A DNA stretch of 64,000 nt from Phototrophicaceae bacterium (GTDB lineage: Bacteria > Chloroflexota > Anaerolineae > Aggregatilineales > Phototrophicaceae). Location of the stretch: assembly GCA_965208285.1 (NCBI GenBank), contig OZ242333.1:1637078-1701077 (forward strand), given 5' to 3'. Numbering within the stretch: position 1 is the first letter of the stretch; every line of letters begins with the position of its first letter. Positions 45,021-54,469 of this stretch are shown here, piece after piece. A program made the translations under genes and the position numbers. A model generated the notes under the pieces. That model saw nothing but the letters and a program-made list of their open reading frames with translations, did not search any database and was not told the DNA's origin.

Positions 45021-46507
45021 GCAGGTCGGAAACGGAACAAATGCGCGCCCCGGGCCGGCAGCAAAACCTCCAGACCCTCACGCGTCATACGGGCGCCATC
45101 GCGGTCGTAGCAGGCATCGTCGAGGCAGTCTTCCAGTCTCCAGCTGCCGGTGGCGATCTCCGGCCAGGCCGCAAGCGGCACCCGCCCCCAGGCCGCGGAT
45201 GCGCCCAGGTTGACGATCACCAGGCGCCAGTCGCCAGGGCAGGCCCAGCCATGCGCGAAGAGCTGGTCAGGCCGGTCGTGACCGTCGAGTGGGGGAAGCA
45301 CCTCAAACAACTGCCATTGGCCCAGTCGAAATGGCGCCGCGCCCAGTTCCCGCAGCACCCGACGCTGATAGTCCTCGTGGTCAGGCAGTGACGCTTCCAC
45401 CGGTCGACGCGTCAGTTGCACTGGTAAGTGGGTGGCATGACCCTCCAGCTGGCCGCCATGCAGCAGAAAGGCTCCGGGGAGGGTGGCGGTGAGGGTGAAG
45501 GCAGCCCGGCTGCGGGCCTCGCCAAAAGCCGTGACGGCGCGACGCTCGTCATGGTTCTCGGTGAAGCGCAGCAAACGGTCCTGATGTGCGACGGGCGTGG
45601 ACAGCATCGCCCGCAAACGACCGGCGTCGCAATGGAGCAGGGCATCGTAAAGGGGCTTGTCATAACAGTAATCGAAGCCGAGCCGAAGCAGTTCCGCTTC
45701 CATGTCCCAGTAAACTTCGGCGATTAAGAGGATGTCCGGAAACTGTTCACGCAGGGCAGCAATGAGTTCCTGCCAGATTTCCTCCGGCGGACTGTCAAAG
45801 GGGTCGATGTGGTCGCGCCAGGTGGTTGCGAAGACTTCGTTGCAGAGCAGCATGGCCATGTCGCAACGCAGGCCGTCGCATTGCGCCGCAAGGTCGAACA
45901 ACACTTGCCGGACGGCCTGGCGGTAGTCAGGATTGAAGGCATTGACCTGTGCGGTATCCGTCCAGCCCGGGAACCAGGGGTCACGGCCATGCGCAAAGAT
46001 CCGCCGGCCGGCCCGCGTTTGCGACGCAAAAAAGTCACCAGGTCGTTCCTGCAGGTCACGTTCGCTGCCCTGAATGAACCAGTCCGGCTGACGGTATAGC
46101 CAGGGATGGTCCCGCGCGACGTGATTGGACACGTAGTCCAGAATCAACCCGATTCCGCGCTGGCGCAGCCGCCGTCGCAGATCGGCAAGGGCTTCCCTGC
46201 CGCCCAGTTCCGGCGCCACCTGCCAGTCGAACACCGCATAAGGTGAGGCGATCACGTCGGCTGCCACGATGTCCGGCAACGCTCCGCGAAACTGTGGCAG
46301 GAGCGCAAGGGCCTGTTCGCGGCCCTTCGGGCTGCGGGTCCAGACACCCATCAGCCACAGGAAGTTGGCGCCAACGCCGGCAATGCGGTCCAGCGCCGCA
46401 TCCGGCACCTGCGCCAGCGTCAGGGGACTGTGGTCGTCGCGGTTCAGGGACTGCAGCCAGACACGGGTGTTGAGTTCAAGGATTACAGGTTTCTGCGTCT
46501 GCAACAT
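45017..46507 (-). CDS. GH13 alpha-amylase-family glycoside hydrolase
   Basis: GLILDYVSNHVARDHPW (region I), GLRCDMAMLL (II), LLIAEVYWD (III) and RFTENHDERR (IV). ATG at 46507 (MLQTQKPVILELN). Confidence 0.8.
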   Translation of the reverse strand: MLQTQKPVILELNTRVWLQSLNRDDHSPLTLAQVPDAALDRIAGVGANFLWLMGVWTRSPKGREQALALLPQFRGALPDIVAADVIASPYAVFDWQVAPELGGREALADLRRRLRQRGIGLILDYVSNHVARDHPWLYRQPDWFIQGSERDLQERPGDFFASQTRAGRRIFAHGRDPWFPGWTDTAQVNAFNPDYRQAVRQVLFDLAAQCDGLRCDMAMLLCNEVFATTWRDHIDPFDSPPEEIWQELIAALREQFPDILLIAEVYWDMEAELLRLGFDYCYDKPLYDALLHCDAGRLRAMLSTPVAHQDRLLRFTENHDERRAVTAFGEARSRAAFTLTATLPGAFLLHGGQLEGHATHLPVQLTRRPVEASLPDHEDYQRRVLRELGAAPFRLGQWQLFEVLPPLDGHDRPDQLFAHGWACPGDWRLVIVNLGASAAWGRVPLAAWPEIATGSWRLEDCLDDACYDRDGARMTREGLEVLLPARGAHLFRFRPA

Positions 46508-46612
46508 GGTGTATCCTGAAGCGGCGGGCATCCCGCATTTTAGCAGGGACGTGGCCACCGCGATGGCCATGCGGCATAATGCAGGCGTCAGGCAGAGTCA
46601 GGAGCAGACACC

Positions 46613-46951
46613 ATGGGTTACTTTGTGACTCCCGGCGATGTCGGGCAAATTGAAATGGACGGTGGCTTGCGTCGGCGCACGATGGCGACGACCGACGAGG
46701 CCATGCTTTGTGAGTTTTTGATGGAACGCGGCACGGTGGTCCCGCCCCACAGCCACGGCAACGACCAGGTGGCTTACCTGGTTTTCGGGCGCCTGGAAGT
46801 TACGATTGGAGCCGAGACCCGTGTGGTGCAACCGGGGGAAAGCTACGCGATCCCTGGCGGTGTTGAGCACAGCGCGAAGGCGCTTGTGGATTCCCTTTCA
46901 ATCGATGTGTTTTCCCCGCCCCGCAGGGACTATCGCAGCGAAGCCCGCTAA
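46613..46951 (+). CDS. Cupin-domain protein
   Basis: GTVVPPHSHGNDQVAYLVFGRLE ... IPGGVEHSAKA. Confidence 0.7.
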   Translation: MGYFVTPGDVGQIEMDGGLRRRTMATTDEAMLCEFLMERGTVVPPHSHGNDQVAYLVFGRLEVTIGAETRVVQPGESYAIPGGVEHSAKALVDSLSIDVFSPPRRDYRSEAR

Positions 46952-47010
46952 ACTTCATGTATACTTTTTGCATGTTCTGACGTCCGGCACACATTTGGGA
47001 GGGTGTGTCC

Positions 47011-48732
47011 ATGGACGATACCTGGGTGCCGCGGCGGCAACGCCCGGAAAGTCGGGTTCGTGCCCGGCAACAGCGTCGCCGTCAGCACCAGATGTTGCGG
47101 GCGGAAAACCCCGGTCAGCCGGTCGTTTCACCAGCCCTTCAGATTTTGCAGGAATTGTCCCTGCCCCTGCGCGATGCGTTGTGGCACCTGCGTCGCACCA
47201 ACGTGGCGCTGGTGCTCGCGGGTTCGCTGCTTGCGCTTGCCCTGCTGGCCTTCGCCGCTGTGCATGTGGCCCAGGCCCGGGTTTTCCCGGGAGTGTGGGT
47301 CGCCGGCGTTTACGTTGGAAGTATGACGGAAGGGGAGGCGAAAGAAGCCCTGCTGCTGGGCTGGGGCCGGGAGGTTGTCCTGCGCCTGGTGGACCTGGAC
47401 CGCTACTGGGAGGCAACGCCGGCGGACCTGGGATTAAGTCTCAACAGGGAAGGGGCGGTCGCCGCAGCCCGGGGCGTGGGGATGGCGGGAATACCCTTTG
47501 GCTGGAACGTCGAGCCGGAAATTGAAACGGATTACATCACCGCCCAAAGCTATCTGCTTGATCTGGTCCCCGAAGTCGAGGTGCCGCCGGCAAATGCCAG
47601 CTTCAATATGGACGAACAGCGCCTGGTCGGAGTGCGCGGACGGGTGGGGAAAATTCTGGAGGTCGGCCAGACGATGGCCAATCTGACGAAGAACAGCGGC
47701 GCCGTGGTGCAGCGCCGCCAGCTTGACCTCGTGACGCGGCCGCTGGTGCCCGATGTCATTGACCCGACGCCCTACCTGGAGGGAGTGCGGGAACTCATCC
47801 GCAGGCCCTTCCAGATGATTGGCTACGATCCCTACCTGGACGATACGGTCGTGTGGGAAACCAACACCGAGACCTTCGTCTCCTGGCTGGAGGTTGAGGA
47901 ATTCGGCCCCACCTTGCGGGAAGAGACCTTCCTGCCCTTCTTTCACGCCCAGAACGCCACGCTCAATCCACCGCGCACGGCTGATCCTCGCTATCTGGAC
48001 CAGGTGGACACGCTGGAGAAAATGAGACGCGCGATCGCCAGTCGCAGCCCCAACGTACAGTTGCGCGTCCGTTACCGGCCCACCCATTACGTGGTCCAGC
48101 GCGGCGACCGCGGCTTTTTCATTTCGCGCAAAACGGGCATCCCCTATTTTCTCATTGAGGAAGTCAACCGCGACTATGACATGGACTTTCTGTTTCCCGG
48201 CGACGTGCTGAACCTGCCGTCACGCGACGTGGCCGTGCCGCTGGACCCGGTTCGCAACAAGCGCATCATCGTCGACCTGACCTACCAGCGTCTGACGGCC
48301 TACGAAAACGGCAGGCCGATCTTCAACTGGAACGTTTCCTCGGGCATCCAGGGCAACCCAACCTCCCCTGGCATTTACCAGATCCTGACCCACGACGAGA
48401 TCGCGCATGGCAGCAGTTTTAACCTTTGCGGCAGCCAGGGTTGCGGCCAGTGGAAGATGAACTGGTTCATGGGGGTTTATGAAGTTCGGCCCGGTCTCAT
48501 GAACGGCTTTCATGGCGCGGTGGAATTGCCGAACGGCGCCCTGCTCAACAACGGAATCGTGGGCGTGCCGGCCACATTCGGCTGCATCATGTCCATCGAT
48601 GACAACGCCCGGTCGCTCTACGACTGGGCCGAGGTGGGCACGCTGGTCGAGATCATTTCCGACGAATACACGCCCAGGAGCGAAATTGCGCGTCAGGCGC
48701 GCGCCGCCACACTGGCGGACATTTTCGCCTGA
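47011..48732 (+). CDS. L,D-transpeptidase (YkuD) with TM anchor, PG-binding-like region and LysM domain
   Basis: LysM: YVVQRGDRGFFISRKTGIPYFLIEEVN ... GDVLNLP. YkuD: SPGIYQI ... HG ... ATFGCIMSIDD. The ATG at 47011 follows GGGAGGG. Confidence 0.8.
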   Translation: MDDTWVPRRQRPESRVRARQQRRRQHQMLRAENPGQPVVSPALQILQELSLPLRDALWHLRRTNVALVLAGSLLALALLAFAAVHVAQARVFPGVWVAGVYVGSMTEGEAKEALLLGWGREVVLRLVDLDRYWEATPADLGLSLNREGAVAAARGVGMAGIPFGWNVEPEIETDYITAQSYLLDLVPEVEVPPANASFNMDEQRLVGVRGRVGKILEVGQTMANLTKNSGAVVQRRQLDLVTRPLVPDVIDPTPYLEGVRELIRRPFQMIGYDPYLDDTVVWETNTETFVSWLEVEEFGPTLREETFLPFFHAQNATLNPPRTADPRYLDQVDTLEKMRRAIASRSPNVQLRVRYRPTHYVVQRGDRGFFISRKTGIPYFLIEEVNRDYDMDFLFPGDVLNLPSRDVAVPLDPVRNKRIIVDLTYQRLTAYENGRPIFNWNVSSGIQGNPTSPGIYQILTHDEIAHGSSFNLCGSQGCGQWKMNWFMGVYEVRPGLMNGFHGAVELPNGALLNNGIVGVPATFGCIMSIDDNARSLYDWAEVGTLVEIISDEYTPRSEIARQARAATLADIFA

Positions 48733-48753
48733 AACAGGGGAACGGAGTTGCAA

Positions 48754-50637
48754 ATGCAAAAGGAAGTTCGCGCCTGGGGGACATGGCCCGGCGCTTTAAC
48801 GCCGCGATCGCTGGCGGCCGGCCTGACCCTGGTGGATATGCAGTGGGATTCGCACAGTGACACCCTGGTGTGGCTGGAGAATCGCGGCGCCCAGGGTGTT
48901 CTGGTCGCACAGGGTAGTGAAGAAGCGCCGCGAGACCTGACGTCGGAGTTGTCGGTGCGCGCCATGGTGGGTTATGGCGGCGGCGACTTCACCGTCGCTG
49001 CCGGCCAGGTCTACTTTGCCGGTCCCGGCGGTCGGCTGTATCGACAGGCGCTGGCGAGCGGCGAGGCGCGACCGGTCACACCAGGTTTCGGCGTCGTCGC
49101 TGCGCCGCGGGTCTCCGGGGACGGGCGCTGGCTGGCCTACGTCTACAGCCATGAAGGTGAAGACGGCCTGGCGCTGGTGGACAGCGGGGGCGCGGCATGG
49201 CCCGCGAAAGTGTACGCCGACAGCGACTTTGTGATGCAACCGTCCTGGCACCCGGAGGGGACGGCGATCGCCTGCATCACCTGGGATCAGCCAAACATGC
49301 CCTGGGACGGCACCACCCTCCGTCTGCTGTCGCTGGAAGAGGGCGGGGCGACTCTGCCGCAGGTCGTGGACGAGGTCGTACTGGCCGGCGATGAAAACAC
49401 GGCCGTTTTCCAGCCGGAGTTCTCGCCGGACGGGCGCCATCTGGCCTACGTCAGCGACGTCAGCGGCATTGGGCAGCTTTGGCTGCATGATCTGGAAGAC
49501 GGGTCGCAGCGTCCGCTTACAAGTGCGGACGCCGAGCACGGCATGCCCGCCTGGGCGCAGGGGATGCGGGCCTTCGCCTGGTCGGTGGATGGCGGCGGGC
49601 TTTACTTTCTGCGCAATGAACGCGGCTTTGTCAGCCTGTGGCGCCATGACCTGGCCAGTGGCTCGGAGGCGCGTCTCGGCCAACTGCAGGACTACAGCAG
49701 CCTTGGGCAGCCGGCCGTCTCGCCCCAGGGTCAGGTGGCGACACTGGCCAGTTCGGCGCGTATTCCGTCCCGGCTGGTCACCCTGGACGCGGAAGGCGCC
49801 ACCCGCGTACGACGTCGTTCCACGACCGAAAACGCAACCGGCGATCAGCTGGCCGCCGTGGAGGCCCTGACCTGGCAGGGCGACGACGGCGAAACCGTAC
49901 ACGGCCTGTACTACGCTCCGCATAGCGAGCGTTACAGGGGCGAAGGACCACCGCCGCTGATCGTCATGGTCCACGGCGGGCCCACGTCCCAGAGCAGGGC
50001 CGACTATGACGGTCGCGCCCAGTTCTTCGCCACGCGCGGCTTCGCGGTGCTGGACGTGAACTACCGCGGCAGCACGGGCTACGGTCGCGCCTACATGCAG
50101 CGGCTCTACGGCAACTGGGGCGTGTGCGACGTGGAGGATGCCCTCAGCGGCGCGGAGTACCTGGTCGGGCGTGACCTGGCCGACCGCGAAAGGCTGGTCA
50201 TCATGGGGGGCAGCGCCGGCGGCTTCACCGTGTATCAGGCCCTGGTGGATCACCCGGGGTATTTCCATGCGGGCATCTGCCTTTACGGCGTGGCCAACCA
50301 GTTCAGTCTGGCGATGGAGACTCACAAGTTTGAAGCGCGCTATCTGGATATGCTGCTGGGGCCCTTGCCGGCCGCCGCAGAAATCTATCGCCGGCGATCA
50401 CCGGAATTTCAGGCGGACAACATCGTCGATCCGATCGCCATTTTTCAGGGTGACGTCGACCAGGTGGTGCCGCGCAACCAGTCCGATGCCATCGTGGCGT
50501 CGCTCAGGGCGCGCAACGTGCCCCACGAATACCACGTGTACGAAGGTGAGGGACATGGCTGGCGCCGCGCGGAGACGATCGAGGCTTTCTATAACAGCGT
50601 CCTGCGTTTCCTGCAGCAGTACGTGATCTTCGCCTGA
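48754..50637 (+). CDS. S9-family serine peptidase (beta-propeller + alpha/beta hydrolase)
   Basis: Nucleophile elbow IMGGSAGGF, with downstream GDVDQVVP and GEGHGW triad context. Confidence 0.85.
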   Translation: MQKEVRAWGTWPGALTPRSLAAGLTLVDMQWDSHSDTLVWLENRGAQGVLVAQGSEEAPRDLTSELSVRAMVGYGGGDFTVAAGQVYFAGPGGRLYRQALASGEARPVTPGFGVVAAPRVSGDGRWLAYVYSHEGEDGLALVDSGGAAWPAKVYADSDFVMQPSWHPEGTAIACITWDQPNMPWDGTTLRLLSLEEGGATLPQVVDEVVLAGDENTAVFQPEFSPDGRHLAYVSDVSGIGQLWLHDLEDGSQRPLTSADAEHGMPAWAQGMRAFAWSVDGGGLYFLRNERGFVSLWRHDLASGSEARLGQLQDYSSLGQPAVSPQGQVATLASSARIPSRLVTLDAEGATRVRRRSTTENATGDQLAAVEALTWQGDDGETVHGLYYAPHSERYRGEGPPPLIVMVHGGPTSQSRADYDGRAQFFATRGFAVLDVNYRGSTGYGRAYMQRLYGNWGVCDVEDALSGAEYLVGRDLADRERLVIMGGSAGGFTVYQALVDHPGYFHAGICLYGVANQFSLAMETHKFEARYLDMLLGPLPAAAEIYRRRSPEFQADNIVDPIAIFQGDVDQVVPRNQSDAIVASLRARNVPHEYHVYEGEGHGWRRAETIEAFYNSVLRFLQQYVIFA

Positions 50638-50668
50638 ACCGGGGGCCTGCGGGCGGCGGGCGGCCGGG

Positions 50669-51739
50669 TCAGTCCAGCTGGACCCAACGACGCTCCTGCG
50701 AGGAGCGCCTCAGCGCGTCGAGCGCCAACTGACACTGCAGGCCGTCTTCGAAGGTAGCGCCGGCACGCAGCGGACGCCCCTCGCGGATGGCGGCGCAAAG
50801 TTCCTGCATCAACGCGACGAAAGACACGTTCCAGATTCCGCCATTGACCAGCGGCAATTGCGCGTTGGGGTCTTCCACGCTGAGGTCCCTGAACTCTTCG
50901 CCGGCGCGGGCGACCAGCAGGCGTTCGTCGGCGTCGCCGAGCACAATCGTGCCTTCGCTGCCAAAGATTTGCAGGCTGCTGCCACCGCTGTGACGCGCGG
51001 CGCCGCTCATAAATACCGACACCAGCGCGCCATTTTGCATTTCCAGCAGGACGCTGTACTGGTCGTCCGCCGTCGCCCGCCAGGTCTCGCCTGTCCTGGC
51101 GTCGATGCGATCCGCCACCATGGTGGCGACCTGACCGCTGAGCGCGGCGACGTCACCGAGCCACCAGCGCATGAGGTCGATGGCGTGAGAGCCGGCTGCG
51201 CCGAGACGGCCACCGCCCATGTCGGCCATGGACCACCAGTCGCCGGCCGGCCGCGAGGCGGGGTCGCCCCAGCCGGCGTTGATGCTGGTCATGTTGACGT
51301 GTCGCACCGCGCCGATTTCGCCGGCATCCAGCAGGGCCTTGATGCGACGGCGGTTGGGGTTGAAGCGCAATTCGTGGCCGATGATATGCAGCACGCCGGC
51401 GGATTCGGCGGCATCCAGCATGTCGCGGGCCTCGCCGGCGTTCATGGCCGTCGGCTTTTCGCAGAGGACGTGGGCGCCGGTCTCCAGCGCGGCCAGGGTC
51501 ATGGGCGCGTGGTACAGGGGCGGGGTGGCGATGCACACCAGGTCCGCCTCGTGGCGTTCCAGCATGACCTGCCAGTCATCGTAGGCCTGCGGGATACCAA
51601 ACTGCTCCGCCGTGGCGCGGGCGCTCTCCAGGCGCGCGCTGGCGATGGCCACCACCTCGGCGTCGTCGATGTTGGCCAGGGCGGGCAGATAGGCGTCGCG
51701 GGCGAAACTGGCGCCGATCACGGCAGTGCGAATGGTCAT
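50669..51739 (-). CDS. Gfo/Idh/MocA-family oxidoreductase
   Basis: IRTAVIGASFARDAYLPAL Rossmann N-terminus, HVLCEKP, and EIGAVRHVN dimerisation region. Confidence 0.85.
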   Translation of the reverse strand: MTIRTAVIGASFARDAYLPALANIDDAEVVAIASARLESARATAEQFGIPQAYDDWQVMLERHEADLVCIATPPLYHAPMTLAALETGAHVLCEKPTAMNAGEARDMLDAAESAGVLHIIGHELRFNPNRRRIKALLDAGEIGAVRHVNMTSINAGWGDPASRPAGDWWSMADMGGGRLGAAGSHAIDLMRWWLGDVAALSGQVATMVADRIDARTGETWRATADDQYSVLLEMQNGALVSVFMSGAARHSGGSSLQIFGSEGTIVLGDADERLLVARAGEEFRDLSVEDPNAQLPLVNGGIWNVSFVALMQELCAAIREGRPLRAGATFEDGLQCQLALDALRRSSQERRWVQLD

Positions 51740-51807
51740 GTCACTTCTCCCGGTAAGTGGTCAGCCGCGGCCCCCGGCCCAATGGTTGAAAGGCCACGGG
51801 CCTGTCA

Positions 51808-52515
51808 TCAGGATCCCTGTCTCTGCAGTGGCGCGGGCATCGCGCCGACTTCCCAGTCCTCGGCCACCAGGTCGCCGCCTGTGGCGACGTGCGCCTCTAT
51901 GGCGCTGGTGGCGCGTTCCCCGTCCCGGTCGCGAATGGCATCAAGGATGGGAAGGTGGCTGTAAGCGACCAGGCGAATGTCATCGTTGCGCATGTTGCGC
52001 AGGGTCATCACGCGGCGCACGCGCAGGGCAACCAGATTCCAGGTGGTCTGCAGCAGGCTGTGGCCGCTCATGGCGATCAGTGTGTCGTGAAAGCTGTGGT
52101 CGAGTTCGTTGACCTTGCGCAGGTTGCCCTGGTTGGCCGCGCGCAACATCCGCTCGCTGATCGCCTCCAGGCGCCGCAGATCGCAGGGATCGCTCTGGTC
52201 AATGATGCAGCGAATGGCCAGCGCCTCCAGCACGCCGCGCAGGCTGTAGAGTTCGACGATGTCCTTGCGCTCCAGGGTGGAGACCCGCGTGCCGCGTCTG
52301 GGGATGGTTTCGACCAGACCCTCACTGTTGAGGATTTGGATGGCTTCCCGCAGCGGCGCGCGGCTCACGCCAAGTTGGGCCGCCAGGTCCGTCTCGATCA
52401 GGGGCTGGCCCGGGCTCAGGTCGCCGCAAAGGATGGCCTCGTGCAGGACGTCCACGATGTGTTCCCGCAGGGACTTGCTCTGCAAATGGCTGAGGGTAAG
52501 CAGGGTGTCAGGCAT
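51808..52515 (-). CDS. GntR-family transcriptional regulator (FadR/FCD type)
   Basis: LREHIVDVLHEAILCGDLSPGQPLIETDLAAQLGVSRAPLREAIQILNSEGLV wHTH, then an FCD-like helical domain. The ATG at 52515 was verified. The longer track ORF to 53001 runs antisense to the next gene. Confidence 0.85.
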   Translation of the reverse strand: MPDTLLTLSHLQSKSLREHIVDVLHEAILCGDLSPGQPLIETDLAAQLGVSRAPLREAIQILNSEGLVETIPRRGTRVSTLERKDIVELYSLRGVLEALAIRCIIDQSDPCDLRRLEAISERMLRAANQGNLRKVNELDHSFHDTLIAMSGHSLLQTTWNLVALRVRRVMTLRNMRNDDIRLVAYSHLPILDAIRDRDGERATSAIEAHVATGGDLVAEDWEVGAMPAPLQRQGS

Positions 52516-52755
52516 GGGCGATGTTTTGACAGACCTGCCGGGCCATCCTATACTCCCGATGATGGCTGGCTGTCGACAATCGACTGGCGACAGGCGAAGT
52601 ATAGGCCGGCGCGTGACGTTTGTCAACCAGCGCCGCTGGCCCGGATGATGCGGAACACAGGGCGGGCCAGGCATTGGGCTGGCCGTGCCTTTTGGACGCG
52701 AAACAGGTAACGGTACGGCGCAGGTTGCGCTTGAGTGCAGATTCAGGAGGCAGGA

Positions 52756-53223
52756 ATGGCGGACGGGCGATACATCAAGCACATGGCCTTCGCGGTGAAG
52801 GACGCCGCGCTCGCCTGGCAACAATACAAGGACTTCCTCGGCATCGGCCATGACGGGCGCATCGAGGACTACGAAAAGTCGCGCAATCGCGTCGTCCTCT
52901 TTGAAGTCGGCGGCGTGGAGTACCAACTTTGCCAGTCGATGGACGAAGGCGGCCGCTACGACCAGTGGATCAAGGACCGCGGCCAGGAAGGGTTGCATCA
53001 CATCTGCTACGCCGTGCCGGATATCGAGGCGGCGCTGGCAGAGGCCCAGGCGCGGGGCGGCACCTTAAAGTTATGCCCGGCCTGCAACGTGACGGGCAGT
53101 CACGTGCATCCGGAAGGCTGGGTAGCCTTTCTGGAGGAAGAGCCCGGTGGCATCGAACTGGAGATGATGCAGGTCTACACGCCGGAAGAACTTGAAGAAT
53201 ACAAGGCGGTACAGGGCATCTAG
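52756..53223 (+). CDS. VOC/glyoxalase-family protein (methylmalonyl-CoA-epimerase-like)
   Basis: IKHMAFAVKD ... GLHHICYAVPDIEAAL ... IELEMMQ. The ATG at 52756 follows AGGAGG. Confidence 0.7.
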   Translation: MADGRYIKHMAFAVKDAALAWQQYKDFLGIGHDGRIEDYEKSRNRVVLFEVGGVEYQLCQSMDEGGRYDQWIKDRGQEGLHHICYAVPDIEAALAEAQARGGTLKLCPACNVTGSHVHPEGWVAFLEEEPGGIELEMMQVYTPEELEEYKAVQGI

Positions 53224-53287
53224 GCTGCAAGGGCAGCGACTTTTCATTTCTTCGCGGCGACGCGCTACGATCCTGGAAGAAACGGAC

Positions 53288-54442
53288 ATGGACGGCGTCG
53301 AGCTTTTGCGTCAGCTGGTACAGATCCCCTCTCCGAATCCACCGGGCGATACGCGGGCCATCGCGACATTTGTCGCCCGGCAAATGGGGGGCATCGGCTG
53401 TGAAGTGCGCATGGTTGCGCCGCCTGAAAAGTCGGAGGCCCTGAACACCATCGCCAGCCTGGGCGAGGGCGATCCCGTCATCATGCTGCATGCCCACATT
53501 GACACCGTGCCCATCGCCAAAAACGAGGCCGAAAAGTGGAGCGTCGACCCCTATGCGGGGATCGTGCAGGATGGCGCGCTCTACGGCAAGGGCAGCGTCG
53601 ACGACAAGGCGCCGCTGGCGTCCATGATGCTGGCCATGCGGGACGCGGCAGGGCGGGGCGGCCTGCGGGGCAGGCTGGTGCTGGTGGCGGCTGCGGAAGA
53701 GGAAGTTGGCGGGCAACTCGGCAGCAAATGGATGGCGGACGAGGGCCACCTGCCCGCCTGCGACTTCATCATCGTTGGCGAGCAAACGGGCAATCGCGTG
53801 GCGATCGCGCACAAGGGCGTGATGCGCGCCACGGTGCATACCCATGGCAAGGCGGTGCACGCCACCAATCCCGATCGCGGCATCAATGCCATTGTCGCCA
53901 TGGCGAAGGTCATCGCAGCGCTGCAAACCTATCATCAGCGACTGGCAGGGCGGGTGCATCCCGTGGTCGGCAGCCCTACCTGCAACATCGGCGTCATTGA
54001 AGGTGGCAGCACGGCCAACGCCGTGCCGGATGCCTGCCATGTCAAGCTGGACCGACGTATGATCCCGCGCGAGGACCCTCAGGACGTGCAGGCGGAGCTT
54101 GTCGGGGTGGTCAACTCGGTCGACATCGCGCCGGCAAGGGTCAGCATAGACGGCTTCGTCCACTCGCCCTGGTTCGATTCCGCGCTCGACAGCGAAGCGG
54201 GGCGGACCTTTCTGTCCTGCGTTCAGGATGAGATCGGCGGGGACGGCGGACCGGTCGGCTATTTGCCGGGCAGTGACGCCAAGCATTTGACCGGTCTGGC
54301 GCGGGGCGACATGATCATCTTTGGTCCAGGCAGCTATGAGGTCGCCCATGGCGCCGACGAGCACGTGGTCTTGTCGGAGTTTCAGGCGACGACCCGAATT
54401 TTGCTCGATTTTCTGCGGCGGACGCTGTACCCCGGAGCGTGA
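53288..54442 (+). CDS. M20-family metallopeptidase / deacylase (ArgE/DapE/carbamoylase-like)
   Basis: LLRQLVQIPSPNPPG, MLHAHIDTVP, GKGSVDDKAPL and AAAEEEVGG. Confidence 0.8.
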   Translation: MDGVELLRQLVQIPSPNPPGDTRAIATFVARQMGGIGCEVRMVAPPEKSEALNTIASLGEGDPVIMLHAHIDTVPIAKNEAEKWSVDPYAGIVQDGALYGKGSVDDKAPLASMMLAMRDAAGRGGLRGRLVLVAAAEEEVGGQLGSKWMADEGHLPACDFIIVGEQTGNRVAIAHKGVMRATVHTHGKAVHATNPDRGINAIVAMAKVIAALQTYHQRLAGRVHPVVGSPTCNIGVIEGGSTANAVPDACHVKLDRRMIPREDPQDVQAELVGVVNSVDIAPARVSIDGFVHSPWFDSALDSEAGRTFLSCVQDEIGGDGGPVGYLPGSDAKHLTGLARGDMIIFGPGSYEVAHGADEHVVLSEFQATTRILLDFLRRTLYPGA

Positions 54443-54469
54443 CCTTCATTCAGGCGTGAGGACAGGACC

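Noticed and set aside
46806-47525. 239-aa plus-strand ORF overlapping the start of the L,D-transpeptidase gene
   Set aside because: The translation is low-complexity and rich in Gly, Pro, Arg and Ala. The other frame gives a TM anchor plus LysM and YkuD domains.
48796-50325. 509-aa ORF antisense to the S9 peptidase
   Set aside because: The plus strand has the GGSAGG nucleophile elbow and a propeller region. The antisense translation has no motif.
52516-53001. N-terminal 162-aa extension of the GntR ORF (track ORF 51808-53001)
   Set aside because: The extension lies antisense to the VOC gene and its RBS. The GntR wHTH begins right after the ATG at 52515.
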